Origin: Rebecca billardiae RCC1528
Lineage: Eukaryota > Protista > Haptophyta
Length of the DNA: 64,000 bases
Direction of reading: 5' to 3'
NCBI GenBank assembly: GCA_965240325.2
Contig: OZ251231.1
Location: 1,674,001-1,738,000, forward strand
The stretch's first letter is position 1. Each line of letters begins with the position of its first letter. The position numbers and the translations under genes are program-made. The notes under the pieces are model-generated. The model ran no database searches. It was not told the origin of the DNA and saw only the letters and a list, made by a program, of their open reading frames with translations. Shown here one piece after another: positions 50,506 to 62,831 of the stretch.

Positions 50506-52403
50506 CATAACTCACTCGGTAGACCCACATGAGAGTAGATTGAGGTGGGGGCCGCGTTGATAAACGCGTGAGGTGACTAGGTCACACCCCCGAAGCCGTC
50601 CAGGATGCGACGCCGACCAGGAAGGACTCGCCGATGCATTCGAGCAACTACGCCGACAGAAGCCGATGACCGCCTAGACGCCGAAGAGGAAGTACTCGAT
50701 GGCGGCGCCGCAGGAGGCAGAGGCCTCGAGGGCCTCCACCCCCCCGACACCGCGCGCACCCAAGGCCATGCCCACCCAGCAACCAGCAGGGTGGGAGGGC
50801 AGGGAGAAACAACTCCCAGAGGAGGAGCAGCCACCAGCGCAGCGGTGACCAGAGCAGCCACGCCGGCCGCCGCGCCGCGGGTGCAGCCAGCGAGCGCGGC
50901 CGCACCCAGACGCGCATGGCTTGCCAAGCTGCTGAGCCAATCCAGGCCCGCGCCCAATCCGGGCCTGGCTCGGCTTGACGACCGGAAAACCTCCAGGCAG
51001 CCGGACCCTGGCTGCCAGCCCGCCCTCATGAGGGCTACCGGTGAGTTATACCCGCATAACCGAGCGGTTATACAACCATAACTCACTCGGTAGACCCACA
51101 TGAGAGTAGATTGAGGTGGGGGCCGCGTTGATAAACGCGTGAGGTGACTAGGTCACACCCCCGAAGCCGTCCAGGATGCGACGCCGACCAGGAAGGACTC
51201 GCCGATGCATTCGAGCAACTACGCCGACAGAAGCCGATGACCGCCTAGACGCCGAAGAGGAAGTACTCGATGGAGCACGTAGACCGCAGGCGCTGGCAGC
51301 CGACGCCCCCCCCCAACGCAAGTTTGGGCAGAGCGCGGCGCCGCAGGAGGCAGAGGCCTCGAGGGCCTCCACCCAGAAGGAGGTGTGGAATGCCACACCC
51401 CGCAGGGGTGGTGGCCGGGGGCCCGAAGAGGCCGAGGCCGCCGAAGGGGTAGCGCGAGGACCGAAGGCGGCAGAGGCCCAGAGGGGCTCCCCGCAGGGTT
51501 GTATGAGTAAGGACGATCCAGACGGCATGAGACAGTGGGCACGAAAACATGCGCGGCGGCGGCGGCGCAGGCGGGAAGCAGGCGCGAGACACGCACGCGT
51601 AGCGTCAGATAAGGTAGCAGGTCGCATCCCACACACAGCAGTGCACGGCAGACTGCAGAGGAGGCGGCAGAGAAGGAGAGAGCAGCACCCACCCGCCAGG
51701 CGATGAAGGCAAGCGAGACTGCGAAGCGTGAGAAGATTGCAGACGGGGACGCCTGGGGGCGGTTCCCAGGCGCCCCCATCGAAAGCAGAGCATGAGAAGA
51801 TTGCAGACGGGGACGCCTCGAAGCGGTTCCGAGGCGCCCCCATTGAAAGCAGAGCATGAGAAGATTGCAGACGGGGACGCCTCGAAGCGGTTCCGAGGCG
51901 CCCCCATCGAAAGCAGAGCATGAGAAGATAGATTGCAGACGGGGACGCCTCGAAGCGGCTCCGAGGCGCCCCCATCGAAAGCAGATAGAGCATGAGAAGA
52001 TTGCAGACGGGGACGCCTCGAAGCGGCTCCGAGGCGCCCCCATCGAAAGCAGAGAGCAAGCAGGGCAGGTGCACGAGTGGAGAGAGCGAGGGCTGAGGGC
52101 GGCCTACCGCCGACGCACACGCACCTGGAAGAAACAACTCCCAGAGGAGGAGCAGCCACCAGCGCAGCGGTGACCAGAGCAGCCACGCCGGCCGCCGCGC
52201 CGCGGGTGCAGCCAGCGAGCGCGGCCGCACCCAGACGCGCATGGCTTGCCAAGCTGCTGAGCCAATCCAGGCCCGCGCCCAATCCGGGCCTGGCTCGGCT
52301 TGACGACCGGAAAACCTCCAGGCAGCCGGACCCTGGCTGCCAGCCCGCCCTCATGAGGGCTACCGGTGAGTTATACCCGCATAACCGAGCGGTTATACAA
52401 CCA
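50506..52403 (-). mobile_element. Non-autonomous split-direct-repeat element (Ngaro/PAT/TOC1-like tyrosine-recombinase retroelement)
   Basis: Repeat X at 50506-50702 and 51077-51273; repeat Y at 50805-51078 and 52130-52403. On the minus strand the order is Y-internal-X-Y-X. No TSD; no RT or YR ORF. Confidence 0.7.
51730..52054 (+). repeat. 64-bp tandem hairpin array (5 units)
   Basis: GAGAAGATTGCAGACGGGGACGCCTCGAAGCGGTTCCGAGGCGCCCCCATCGAAAGCAGAGCAT; units start at 51730, 51794, 51858, 51922 and 51994. Confidence 0.97.
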
Positions 52404-52629
52404 AAGCTGCTGTGCGCATTTCTTGGCTGTGCGCAGCGAAGTCTCCTCTGCTGCGCAGTGCGCACTCGCTCGGCTGATTTTATTATTTACGACATTGAGT
52501 GAGCCTGCTCTGAGGGACAATGTTACCTCCATGCCTTGCTGATAGGCTTGACAATGATCACCGTGAATTGCAGCGAGTTGGACGATGCATGCCGTGCTGC
52601 GACCGTAGCTAGCTACTGTGAGCACGTAG

Positions 52630-53882
52630 TCACTCTGCCGACTGCCTTGTTGCCGCGGCGTCTGTCGCGCTGGCCTCGGCCGCCGCATCGACGGCGCCGG
52701 TGCGCGCCGGCTGCACCTCCTCCACGAAGTTGCGGAACGCGTCGCTGTGCTTGCCGCGTGCCAGGCATGCGCGCAGCCGGCGCGTCTCCTCGCGCAGCGC
52801 CCGCGCAGCCTCCTCATCACCCTCGGCGCCGCCAGGAGCCCCGGGCGCGTCCCCAGTGGCCATGCCAAAAGTGGGGTACGACTTGCCCGAGAAGACGATC
52901 GCGTCAAGCCTGCGCCGCAGCGCGTCCACGTTGGCCGCCTCGCTGCCCGCGAGCGCATCGTCGTTCTCCTTGTCCTCCGTGGCACCCGCTCCACCCTCGC
53001 CGCCAGCTGCGCTCGCGCCCGCCTCCGCCGGCGCCGAGAGCTTGCCGATCACGTCGGTCAGGTCGCGCACGTCGGACGCGTGCTGCTCGTTTGTCAGCGC
53101 CTCGGCAAACAAGTCCTCCGCGCGCTGCCGCACGCGCTCGCGCTGCTCCTCGCGCATCCGGCGGTCCTCGATCACGCTGCGCGCAAGGCGCCAGGGGGAG
53201 ACGGCGCTTGAGCGCCGCGCCGCGCGCGACCGTGCCATCGCGAGGGCGCCGCGTGAATGCCGCCAGACACTCTGCCAGCCACCCGGCCGGCGCCGCCCGG
53301 GCGTGCGCGCACTCTTCGAGCGTGACGTGCTCCTCGTTCACCGTCGTCTCTGCGATGGTGGCCTCGCTGAGGAACCTGCGGGGACGCGGCGCGAGGAGGG
53401 CACACGGTGGGCGCATATCGTCTGCCACGCGTGCGCGTGCGCATGGCGTCGTGTGCTGAGCTGGCCAACGCGAGTCGTGATCGCGTGTTGCGAGAGCGCG
53501 GCGCGCTGGCCGGACCCACCGCTCAACGTCAGCCTCGAGCGCATACGCGACAGCTGCGATGTCCGACGCGCTCGCGTCCGCCGTGGGCTCGTCGATGTCG
53601 GCGGATGGAGGCACGTCCACGTACACACCATCATCCCGCGTGTCCGCGCTTGTTTCAGCACGTTCGTCTGTGCCCACGGCCTCGCTCAGGAAGCTGCGCG
53701 TGCCGCCCGGTGCGCGCAGCGCCAGACGCGCGTGGGACGCGAGTCTTAAGGTGCGGTCACGCGTGCGTGCTCACACGCATCCTGCGCGGGCGATGCGGCG
53801 CGCACCGCTCGACGTCGTCGGACAGCGAGCTGGCGGCAGCAGCAAGGTCCTTGGCCGAGAGCGTCGTCCCGTCAGCCTCCAT
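52630..53882 (-). CDS. Acidic coiled-coil protein of unknown function with an internal repeat
   Basis: Exons 53882-53806, 53693-53520, 53375-53313, 53176-52630; all three GT-AG introns are phase 2 and give a continuous 286-aa protein starting MEADGTTLSAKDL. Confidence 0.7.
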
Positions 53883-54135
53883 GGCCCCTCGAATGCAGCA
53901 CCTTGCAACGGTTCATTCAGGTGGGCAAGCAATCTGATTATCTGAAATCTTGAAAGGCCGGACTTCCAGACGCGAGCTTTCGTGTGGCTCCGGTGCTTCG
54001 TCAAAGTCGAAAGCGAGAGAGCACAAAAGGCGGGAAAACTTGTGAACGCGCGCGCTTTTCGTCGCGCGTTCGCTCCCCTTGAGCGCTGTGACGCTCGTCG
54101 TGGTCAGCTGCCGCTGGCTGCAGGCAATTCAAGCA

Positions 54136-55869
54136 ATGCCGCCGGTGACGCGATCGCGCAAGCGCCGGGCGTCGAGCGAGGAGCCCTCGTACGACGAGGC
54201 GCCTGTTACCATGTGCAGTGTCGTATGCCGGCTCGCCGAAGCACAGCCCTGGGAGCAAGCGGAAGTGCACCACATGGTCCGCGATGAAGATCTGCCGCTC
54301 CACGTGCAAGAGATGTGCCCGTGTAACATTGGCTTCGTCACGTACAACCACACCACCAAAGAGCGGACCGACTTCAGGCATTCCATGAGCTTGCTGCTAG
54401 AGCTCGCCAAAGAACCCGACGCGCCGTCTGTGCGATGGATCGCAAGCGCCTTGCTCGTCGCGTCGCAACACGGGCACGCGGCGTGCGTCCAGCATCTGCT
54501 GGATGCCGCAGCTGGGATGGCTCCCGTGCTGGACCTGGCCGACGCCAGCGCCCAGGCCCTGTTCGCAGCATGCCAGCACGGTCATGCCCCGTGCGTCAAG
54601 TTGCTCCTCGAGGCAGGGGCCCGCACCGACGCCGAGGACGCGTGGGGGCTCAAGCCGCTCTACGACGCATGCGCTCATGGTGCGGCCGACTGCGTGCGCC
54701 TGCTGCTCGATGCACGCGCCGAGGCGACGACGGCTGGCGTGGAGCCGGATACGGGCTTATCCGCGCTTGCCGCCGCGTGCACTAGCGGGCATGTGGAGTG
54801 CGCGAGGCTGCTGCTCGAGGCGGGCGCCGACCCGGACGAGAGAGAGTTGCGCAAGCTCTGTGACGATGGGCAGACGCACTCAGACAAGCTGATCCCGCCG
54901 CTCGTCGCCGCTTGTCGGAGTGGCCAGCGGCAGAGTGTGCGACTGCTCCTCGAGATGAATGCACATGTCGACATCTGCATCGTGGGCAAGGAAGTGCTGC
55001 GGATTACCCCGCTCATTGCCGCTTGCTGGCACAATGACGTGGAGTGCGCGCAGCTGCTGATCGCCGCCGGGTGCATCATGGACCTTCACGAGGCTGTGTC
55101 TGGGTACACCGCCCTCCACATCGCCGTGCTCAACGGCAAGGTGGAGTGCGCAAGGCTGCTTGTCGAGGCAGACGCCGATGTGAACTGCCTCTGCCTGCAT
55201 GCAGACGTCAGGAGCCCGCTTGCGTTCGCCGTGCTGGGCGAGCACGAGATGGTGCACTCCCATGCGCCAGTGGAGGTCCAGCTGCAAATGGCGCAGCTGC
55301 TCTGCGCGCACGGCGCCGAGTGCGTCGTGGAAGACGATGTGCAGGTGGCGCCTGCGGAGGTCATCTCGGCCGACCCTGACACACGCACGATCGCCATCGG
55401 CCGCGCGACGCTCGCGCAGCTGTACGAGCAGCAGGACGGCTGCACGGCGCTGTCCAAGTGGCTGCGCCGCGCCAACGGCTGGACGACTCGCCTCCACCAT
55501 GTCGAGCTGCTGACCGAGGACGAGGCCGTGGCAGAGTTGCGCGCCGGCGCCGATGTGTTCGGGTACGGAGCCGTCGGCACGGTCACTCCGCTCGCGCTCG
55601 CGCAAATTGCGCTCCTAGGCGATGCGAGTCATCGCGCTGCCTCCGCCGTGGTCAGAGCTGCCAAGCCGTGGTCGCCGACGTCGCACCACCTCTTTCCGCC
55701 CGCCGCTCGCGCCCGTGCGGTCGAGCTGCTCCTTCTCGGCGCGGCGCTCAGCGCAAGCGATCGATACTGGACCGAAAGTACGGCCGTGATGGACGTGTGG
55801 GTCACGCACGTGATGCCTCACGTTCTTCAGCGCCATCGCCAGCCTTGGCTCCACCAGCTCGAATCGTAA
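54136..55869 (+). CDS. Ankyrin-repeat protein
   Basis: Repeats such as ALFAACQHGHAPCVKLLLEAGA and TALHIAVLNGKVECARLLVEADADVN; N-terminal basic NLS-like RSRKRR; C-terminal PWSPTSHHLFP..RARAVELLLLG. Confidence 0.9.
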   Translation: MPPVTRSRKRRASSEEPSYDEAPVTMCSVVCRLAEAQPWEQAEVHHMVRDEDLPLHVQEMCPCNIGFVTYNHTTKERTDFRHSMSLLLELAKEPDAPSVRWIASALLVASQHGHAACVQHLLDAAAGMAPVLDLADASAQALFAACQHGHAPCVKLLLEAGARTDAEDAWGLKPLYDACAHGAADCVRLLLDARAEATTAGVEPDTGLSALAAACTSGHVECARLLLEAGADPDERELRKLCDDGQTHSDKLIPPLVAACRSGQRQSVRLLLEMNAHVDICIVGKEVLRITPLIAACWHNDVECAQLLIAAGCIMDLHEAVSGYTALHIAVLNGKVECARLLVEADADVNCLCLHADVRSPLAFAVLGEHEMVHSHAPVEVQLQMAQLLCAHGAECVVEDDVQVAPAEVISADPDTRTIAIGRATLAQLYEQQDGCTALSKWLRRANGWTTRLHHVELLTEDEAVAELRAGADVFGYGAVGTVTPLALAQIALLGDASHRAASAVVRAAKPWSPTSHHLFPPAARARAVELLLLGAALSASDRYWTESTAVMDVWVTHVMPHVLQRHRQPWLHQLES

Positions 55870-56443
55870 GCCATCAGCATCCAACGATAGAGCGCATCGA
55901 TCATGTGATTTTCGATCAGTCGTACGCTAGATGAGTGCATCCGCAGACGCGGCATCGCCGATCAAGTCGAGTGATGACGGTCGCAGTGGCGTATGTCGTC
56001 GTCGTCGATCGTCAGCACCACTCGTAGTAAGACGACTATGGCCATACCCAGATGCATCGTCCATATATTATGATGATGCCGTGTAGCTTGCACGCCGTCT
56101 TCGCAGGTCAGTCTCAGTGCGTCTGCGCGACGAGCAGGGCCGCGCCTGCGGAGCCCTGCGGGGGGCGCTGCTGCAGCTGGCACCAGCGCTGATGATCATT
56201 ACGAGTCTGATTAGACTCGACGACGTGCGTGCGCTGCTCGTCACATCATTGCCGCGCCATCAGATCGTATCCTCGTGAGTGACTCAGTGATCGTCGTCGT
56301 CAGGCGGCTGATGAGGCGGCGGCGTATCGATCGCAATTCAGCGACGTACTGCGCAGTAGTCGTCAGGCATCAGCGGGGTACGCGGCTTAGCCGCGCTAGA
56401 TTACGACGCGACAGCAGGAGTAACTGAGACTATATAGTAGCAG

Positions 56444-56694
<251 letters not shown>

Positions 56695-56945
56695 ATCATC
56701 TGTAGTCTGTCTTAGGATCCATCCTCGTAAACTTCGATGATCGCGTAATATATAAAGCGCAGGATAGCTAGTCGTAGACGACGTGACTACGACGATCGAC
56801 AATCAGCACAATTCGATGATCCCCGCCTGGCCGCCTGCTGCTGCGCTACTACCGTACTACTTATTTACTACTGGCTTATTCACGGCAGCGCTAGTCAATT
56901 GGCGGCTCCGGTCGAAGCATGACGTGCAGTCGTACAGTCAGCACG

Positions 56946-59713
56946 TCAAGCTGCGGCGTGCACCTTGCGCTCATACGCAGCTGTCTCGCGCGCGAGAGCC
57001 AGCCCCTGGCTGCACACGATGTCGACGCGCACCACGACCGCCGCCAGCGCGCGCAGCGCCCACAGAGCCAGCCCGACCTCGCCAATTCCAGTCGGCGCGT
57101 GCGCCCACAGCGAAGGCCAGCGGCGCGGCGCGTCGTCGTACTCGCGCGGCAGGCCGTGCCCCTCGAGGAAGCTCGCCACCGACGGGTTGGCGCGGCCAAA
57201 CGCCGGCGTGTACTCGCCGAGCAGCGTGCGCGTCCACCAGTGCGAGCGCGGGGCAGCCCGCGGTGCGCGGCCTCCATCGGCCTGCGTCAGGCCACCGCTG
57301 TCACCGCCGGCGCCAACCACCACCACACCCGGCGTGCGCGCCGCCCAGGACGTGTTGAGCCGCGTGAAGTCGTACGCGTACAGCCGCGCGCGCACGAGCC
57401 GCACCGGCGCGCGCGGGTCGCTGGGCGCGCGCTGCAGCAGGCGGAGGCCCGCGCCCTTCCCTTCGAGCAGCTGGTCCATCAGCCGAATGCTGCGCGGGCG
57501 CGTTGCGTGCGCGCGTGCAACGCGAGGTGTGCGCACAAGGCGTGAGCCCACGCGGGTACAGGCGCGACCACGGCGGCAGGGCTGCGCGGCCGCGCATCCA
57601 TCGCGCGCGCGCCATCACAAGCGTGGCCAGGAGGGCGCGTGGCAGTGCGCACGCGCGCTGTGTGCCAGGAGGCGTGCGCGGACGCGCGGAGCGCGCACAG
57701 CCACGGGTTCCGCTGGTACGAGCCCAGCGCGGCGAACCACATCTGCCAGTCGAGCCGCGGCTGATGCGGCGCGACGAGCGGCGGCGCGCGCTCGAGCGCT
57801 CCCGGCTTGAACGGGAACTCGACCTCAGTCCACGCCGACGCGCCGCGGCCGTCGTCCGCGTCGGCGCGTTGGGCTGCGTGCTCATCGGACGAGACCTCGA
57901 GCACGAGCTCCGGCCGCGCGACGACGGACGGCGCGAGCCCGCCCCAGCCCCAGTGCGACGGCTCGGCCGCGGCGTACGGCGGCACGCGCCCCCTGCCCGT
58001 CATCTGCCGGAACAGCCCGTAGCCGGACGTCACCCGCCAGCGCGCGCTCGCCCCGTGCAGCCGCGTGCCCCAGGTCGGCAGGCTGAGGCCAGGGGCGATC
58101 GAGCGAAGCGGCACGGCGGAGACCGCCACGAGAGCCGGCGCGGCGAGCGCGAGGGCCGCCGCGTGCGCGAGCGCGAGGCACGCCGTGGCCGCCGCGGCGA
58201 GCCGCGCACGGCGTGCCGCGCGCGGCGCACGCGCGCGCTGCCCGTCCGCTCCGCCTCCGCCGCCGCCGCCGCCGCCGCCGCCGCCAACGGCCGCCAGGGC
58301 CAGCGCGCATCTGCGCACGCGGGCCGCTGCGTACCAGGCGCACGAGCCTGCCGTGCACAGCAGGGCGTACGGGACTGCGAGCCCGAGCGCGCGCTCGACA
58401 AACTGGTCGTGCTCCGAGCGACTGATCGCGACACGGGGGCTCAGGCGCGCCCACCACGCACTTGGAATCGAGCCGGCGGCCGCGCACGCCGCTGCCGCAG
58501 CCTGGCTCGCACCGCCGCCGCCGCCATCGGCGCCGCCGGCCCCGGCGCACGGGTCCCACCAGCTCACGCTGATCATCCAGCGCGTGGACCAGGCGAGCAG
58601 CGCGACGGCCGCGGCGGTGGAGATGGCACAGCCGCGCCGCGAGAGCCACGCCACGCCGCGCACGAGTGCGGGCGGCACGCGGGTGCCGAGCGGGAGCGGC
58701 GTGATCGGCCTCGGGTGCAGCGGTCGCGCGGCCGACGGCGCGCGGCCGGCGGGCGCCCCGGCGTCGTCATCCTTCTTCTTATCGGCGACGGCGTCTTCGG
58801 CGGCGGTCGCGGCTGCGTTGGCGTCGTCGCCCGCGTCGCCGGGCGCGCACGCGTCCCACACGGGCACGCACAGCAACGCGGTGAGCAGATTAAAGAAGTT
58901 GTAATTCCCGCTCACGACAATCAGCACCTGCAGCAGCAGCTGTGCGGCGGCGCCAACGCGCCGCGCGCCTGCCGTGGGCGCGATGAGCAGCAGCGCGCCG
59001 GGGATCTCGATGACGAGCGTCGCGGCGACGCCGAGGCGGAGCAGCGGCGGCGGCAGCGAGTGCGCCACCCACGCCGCCGGCGTGGGGATGCACTGCGTCG
59101 CGAAGTGATACTCCAGAGCGCTCAGGTCCATCCACGTCGGGCAGCCCGACTGTATCTTGACCGCGCCTGCCATCAGCATCAGCTTGAAGAGGGTGAAACG
59201 GAGGACCCACGCGGCCGGCGCACAGGCGTCGCGCAGCCGCGCCGCCGCGCCAAGCGGCGGTGCGTACAGGATCGCGCCGAAGCCCACCTCGAGCAGCAGC
59301 GCGTCCCACTGGAAGCTGTACCACGTCTGCCCGCTCGCCATCGCCGAGAGATAAAGAAGCCAGAGCGCGGCAAAGGCGGGCGCGCACGGCGGGGCGAGGC
59401 CGGCGGCGATCGAGCCCCCGAGCGCGATGCCGACCGTCGCGCATGCCCGGTGCAGATCGTCCACGCCCAGCGCGAGCGCATCGCCGAACCAAGCGACCGT
59501 CGGCAGGTGCTCGACGAATCGAGCAAGCGCCTGCTGAGCCGTGAGCGGCTCGCCGCCCAGGCCGCGCCGGCGGAGGTACAGCTCGGCCGGAAGGAGGCCG
59601 GTGCGCCCGAGCAGGGCGTCGTACTGCGCGAGGTAGCTCGCGAATGCCACGGCGAAGAGGGCACCGAGGCCGCGCAGGAAGCACTCGCGCAGCCGGCCGG
59701 CCGAAGGCGCCAT
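56946..59713 (-). CDS. LMF: Lipase maturation factor (LMF2-like)
   Basis: Motifs FQWDALLLEVGF, FKLMLMAGAVK, LEYHFATQCIPTP, SGNYNFFNLLT, YGLFRQMTG, PHQPRLDWQMWFAALG; exons 59713-57699 and 57489-56946 join to give NPWLIRLMDQLLEG. Confidence 0.92.
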
Positions 59714-60046
59714 CCTTAAAAAAAGTCGTGGGTTTTCTTCGCGCGACGCGCGGAGCTGCAAAACACCCGAACCCGTCCGGCAACGGCAAAGCCACGAGGA
59801 GACTTCGCGTTGTCGAGCGACCTCGGCACCGGGCGGCCCAGCCCGGGTGCGGCGGTGCCGACATGTTGAATGTGCACCGGACAGTTCGCGGCACTTGCCC
59901 AGAATCCCGTGCCTGGCCGGGCGCCCGCTTTCGGCCCAACGTTTGCCAGAAACTTGCGCTGCTCGCGCAGCAGCAGCGCTCCTCGCTCAGCCACGCCCTC
60001 GGCCTCGCACGTCCACCACCGAGCCCCTCGCACCGCACGCACATCC

Positions 60047-61156
60047 ATGGTGAGCATGAGCCCGCAGCAGATCTCGAGCAGCAAGGTCGCCCTCGTCGTG
60101 GGCAAGGGCGTCATTGGCCGCTCCATCATCGAGCACCTCGACGCCAACCCGCAGGAGTGGCGCGAGGTGATCGTGCTCGCCACGTCCGAGCCCAACTTTG
60201 CCACGCGCGCGCGCACGATCAAGGTGGACCTCCTCGACGAGTCGGACGTTGCGTCGAAGCTCGGCGGCGGTGCAATCGGCGACGTGACGCACGTCTACTT
60301 CTGCGGCCTCGCCCCTGGCGGCACCGACGACACCGAGACCAACGTCGCGCTGCTGCGCAACACGGTGAACGCGGCCGACGCGCATGCGCCCAAGCTGGAG
60401 CGCATCCTGCTCAACACGGGGCTCAAGCGGTACGGCGTGCACCTGGGCAAGTTCAAGACGCCCGCGCGCGAGTCCGACCCGCGCACCAAGGAGAACACCA
60501 TCTTCTACCACCAGCAGGCCGACTACCTCGCGCACGCGGCGCAGGGCAAGCGGTGGGACTGGGTCGAGGTGATCCCGGACGTGGTGTGCGGCTACGCCAC
60601 GGGGCAGATGAACCTCGCCGTGACGATCGCGGCGTACTGCGCGATCCAGAAGGAGCTCGGGCTGCCGCTCACCTTCCCGGGCAAGCCCGGCTGCTTCGAC
60701 AAGCTCGCACAGGTGTGCTACGCGCCGCACCTCGCGAGGGCGTGCGAGTTTGTCGCAACGAGCGGCAGCACGGGCGGCGAGGCGTACAACGTGGTCAACG
60801 GCGACTTCTTCCGCTGGGAGACGGTGTTCCCGCAGTTCGCGGCGTACTTCGGGCTCGAGTTCGCCGGCGTGTCGACGCGCTCTCTCGCGGAGGAGATGGC
60901 GGGCAAGGCTGAGCTGTGGGACCGCATCGTCGCCAAGTACAACCTGCAGCCGATGCCGCTCGACAAGCTCGCCTCGTGGGGGTTCGCCGACTGGGTGTTC
61001 AGCGCCGAGTACGACGTGATGTCCGACACGACCAAGCTGCGCCAGGCGGGCTTCGCCGACGCGGTTGACTCGGAGGCGATGTTCGCGCGCATGTTTGACG
61101 ACTTCAAGGCGATGCGCGTGCTGCCCGACTACGGCGCCGTGGCCAAGAGCGCATGA
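60047..61156 (+). CDS. PRISE-family SDR, copy 2
   Basis: Near-identical inverted copy of 49216-50325; three amino-acid differences seen (N/I, A/V, V/M). Confidence 0.9.
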   Translation: MVSMSPQQISSSKVALVVGKGVIGRSIIEHLDANPQEWREVIVLATSEPNFATRARTIKVDLLDESDVASKLGGGAIGDVTHVYFCGLAPGGTDDTETNVALLRNTVNAADAHAPKLERILLNTGLKRYGVHLGKFKTPARESDPRTKENTIFYHQQADYLAHAAQGKRWDWVEVIPDVVCGYATGQMNLAVTIAAYCAIQKELGLPLTFPGKPGCFDKLAQVCYAPHLARACEFVATSGSTGGEAYNVVNGDFFRWETVFPQFAAYFGLEFAGVSTRSLAEEMAGKAELWDRIVAKYNLQPMPLDKLASWGFADWVFSAEYDVMSDTTKLRQAGFADAVDSEAMFARMFDDFKAMRVLPDYGAVAKSA

Positions 61157-62381
61157 GCGCTCGGCGCAGCGCGGCAGTAGCCAAGCCCAGTCGGTCTGCT
61201 GGCACGTGCCGCCCTGGCAGCTGTCTAGTAGCTGTCGCGGAGTGCTGGCATGCTGAGCCACAGGCGCGACTGATTCTGTGTCATCAGATTCAGCATTGCG
61301 TGCCCAACCATGTCGGCACTGACTCAACGGTGGCCGGCCGGGACTCAACAATACAATTCAGCCGCCTTACTAAGATGACGATAATCATCTAGCTACTTAG
61401 GTACTACTTATCAGTAGAGTAGTACTAGTAACGCATTGACTCGCGAGCAGCTGAAGTGACGGTAGTCTCAGGTCTGCGGACACGCGTATCCGACTCGTCC
61501 TTCTTTGAAGCAGATATCGCCAGTCCGCGGTAACCTCCGGCCCCGGGCTGCGGCGAGCCGCGAGGCCCGCGGTCCGGCCAGGGGTACCTGGCAGGGACTG
61601 CGCGCGAGCTTGCGACTAGTGCGAGGCCGGACCGGAGCGGCCCGGGGGCCGGTCGAGCGGTGGCTGTCAGGTGACGCGCCGACTAGTGTAGTAGCCTAGT
61701 GTGACTGACGCGCGGCGCCGCACGTCCCGGAGCCCCAGATAGTTTATATACAGGAGGGTCCAGATGGTGGGCCCCACTTTGGCGGTGGCTGGCCAGGTAG
61801 TGCGGCACGTCCGTGCCTCTGGACGGGCATTGAGCGGTGGCGAGGTCGCCAAATGGCGTGGCGTGGTCTCAGACAAGGTTGTTACTAGTCCTGATCAGCT
61901 TGCTAGCCATGCCGGTCGTTGATCACCCTGCCGTTGACAGGCGCGCACACGCCAAATGTATTTCGCCCAGGCAACCGTGTCGGACGGCGGTCGCACGACT
62001 ACCGCGCAGCCAACATTGCTCCTCAGATCCACGGCTTGTAGGGTCAGATGGACCATCGCCAGGCATGCATCGTCGCAATGCATGCCCCAGAGGGCAGTAT
62101 GACCGTCAGAACGGTGATCCTGGCCGCTACCTGCCCATCCTTCTCATGCGCAACCTCACCGGCGCCCCGGTCGTACGGGGTCGTGGACGTGGACGTGAGA
62201 GTGGTCGAAAAGTCGGAAGGGAAGCTGTCACTCACGCACACGCGCTCGTACGGCGACGCCGACCGGCGTGTGGCATGCCCCCCGGTCCCGGACGTGCCAC
62301 ACGCGCCTTGGAGTGCGTTGGGACGGGCATTCACGCCCGCCGTGGCTTCCCTTCCGAAGTGGGAAACTTCATCTGCCCCCC

Positions 62382-62384
<3 letters not shown>

Positions 62385-62466
<82 letters not shown>
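62385..62466. repeat. (TA)n microsatellite
   Basis: Directly visible. Confidence 0.98.
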
Positions 62467-62467
<1 letters not shown>

Positions 62468-62831
62468 CGACTTAACAGAGTCTGTTCGACGTGAGAACAT
62501 TCCGGGGCCGGTGGCCCGGCGGTCGTCGCGGTATACAGTAGACGTAGTAGTCGAATATCCTGCCTCCCAGCTTCCGAGGAAGGCTCGTTTCAGGGGTCGT
62601 CACAGAATTATAATCGTGGTCAGCTGACGAGACGATGCACTGCGGAGTGCAGCGAGTTGGCCGAATGGCCGCACATCCGTCTTCGGAGACCACGCTGCGA
62701 CGGAGCCTGGCACCGGTGTCCAGTGCCACGGCTGACCGAGGCAGCCGGCTCCCAGCGCGGGGCCAGTGCCCGAAACGTCCGTGACGAAGCTGGACTAGGC
62801 GCGGGACGAGCTGGCGCTCCACGCCCCGTGC

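Noticed and set aside
51730-52054. CRISPR-like palindromic repeat array
   Set aside because: Units are contiguous with no unique spacers, there are no cas genes, and the context is eukaryotic.
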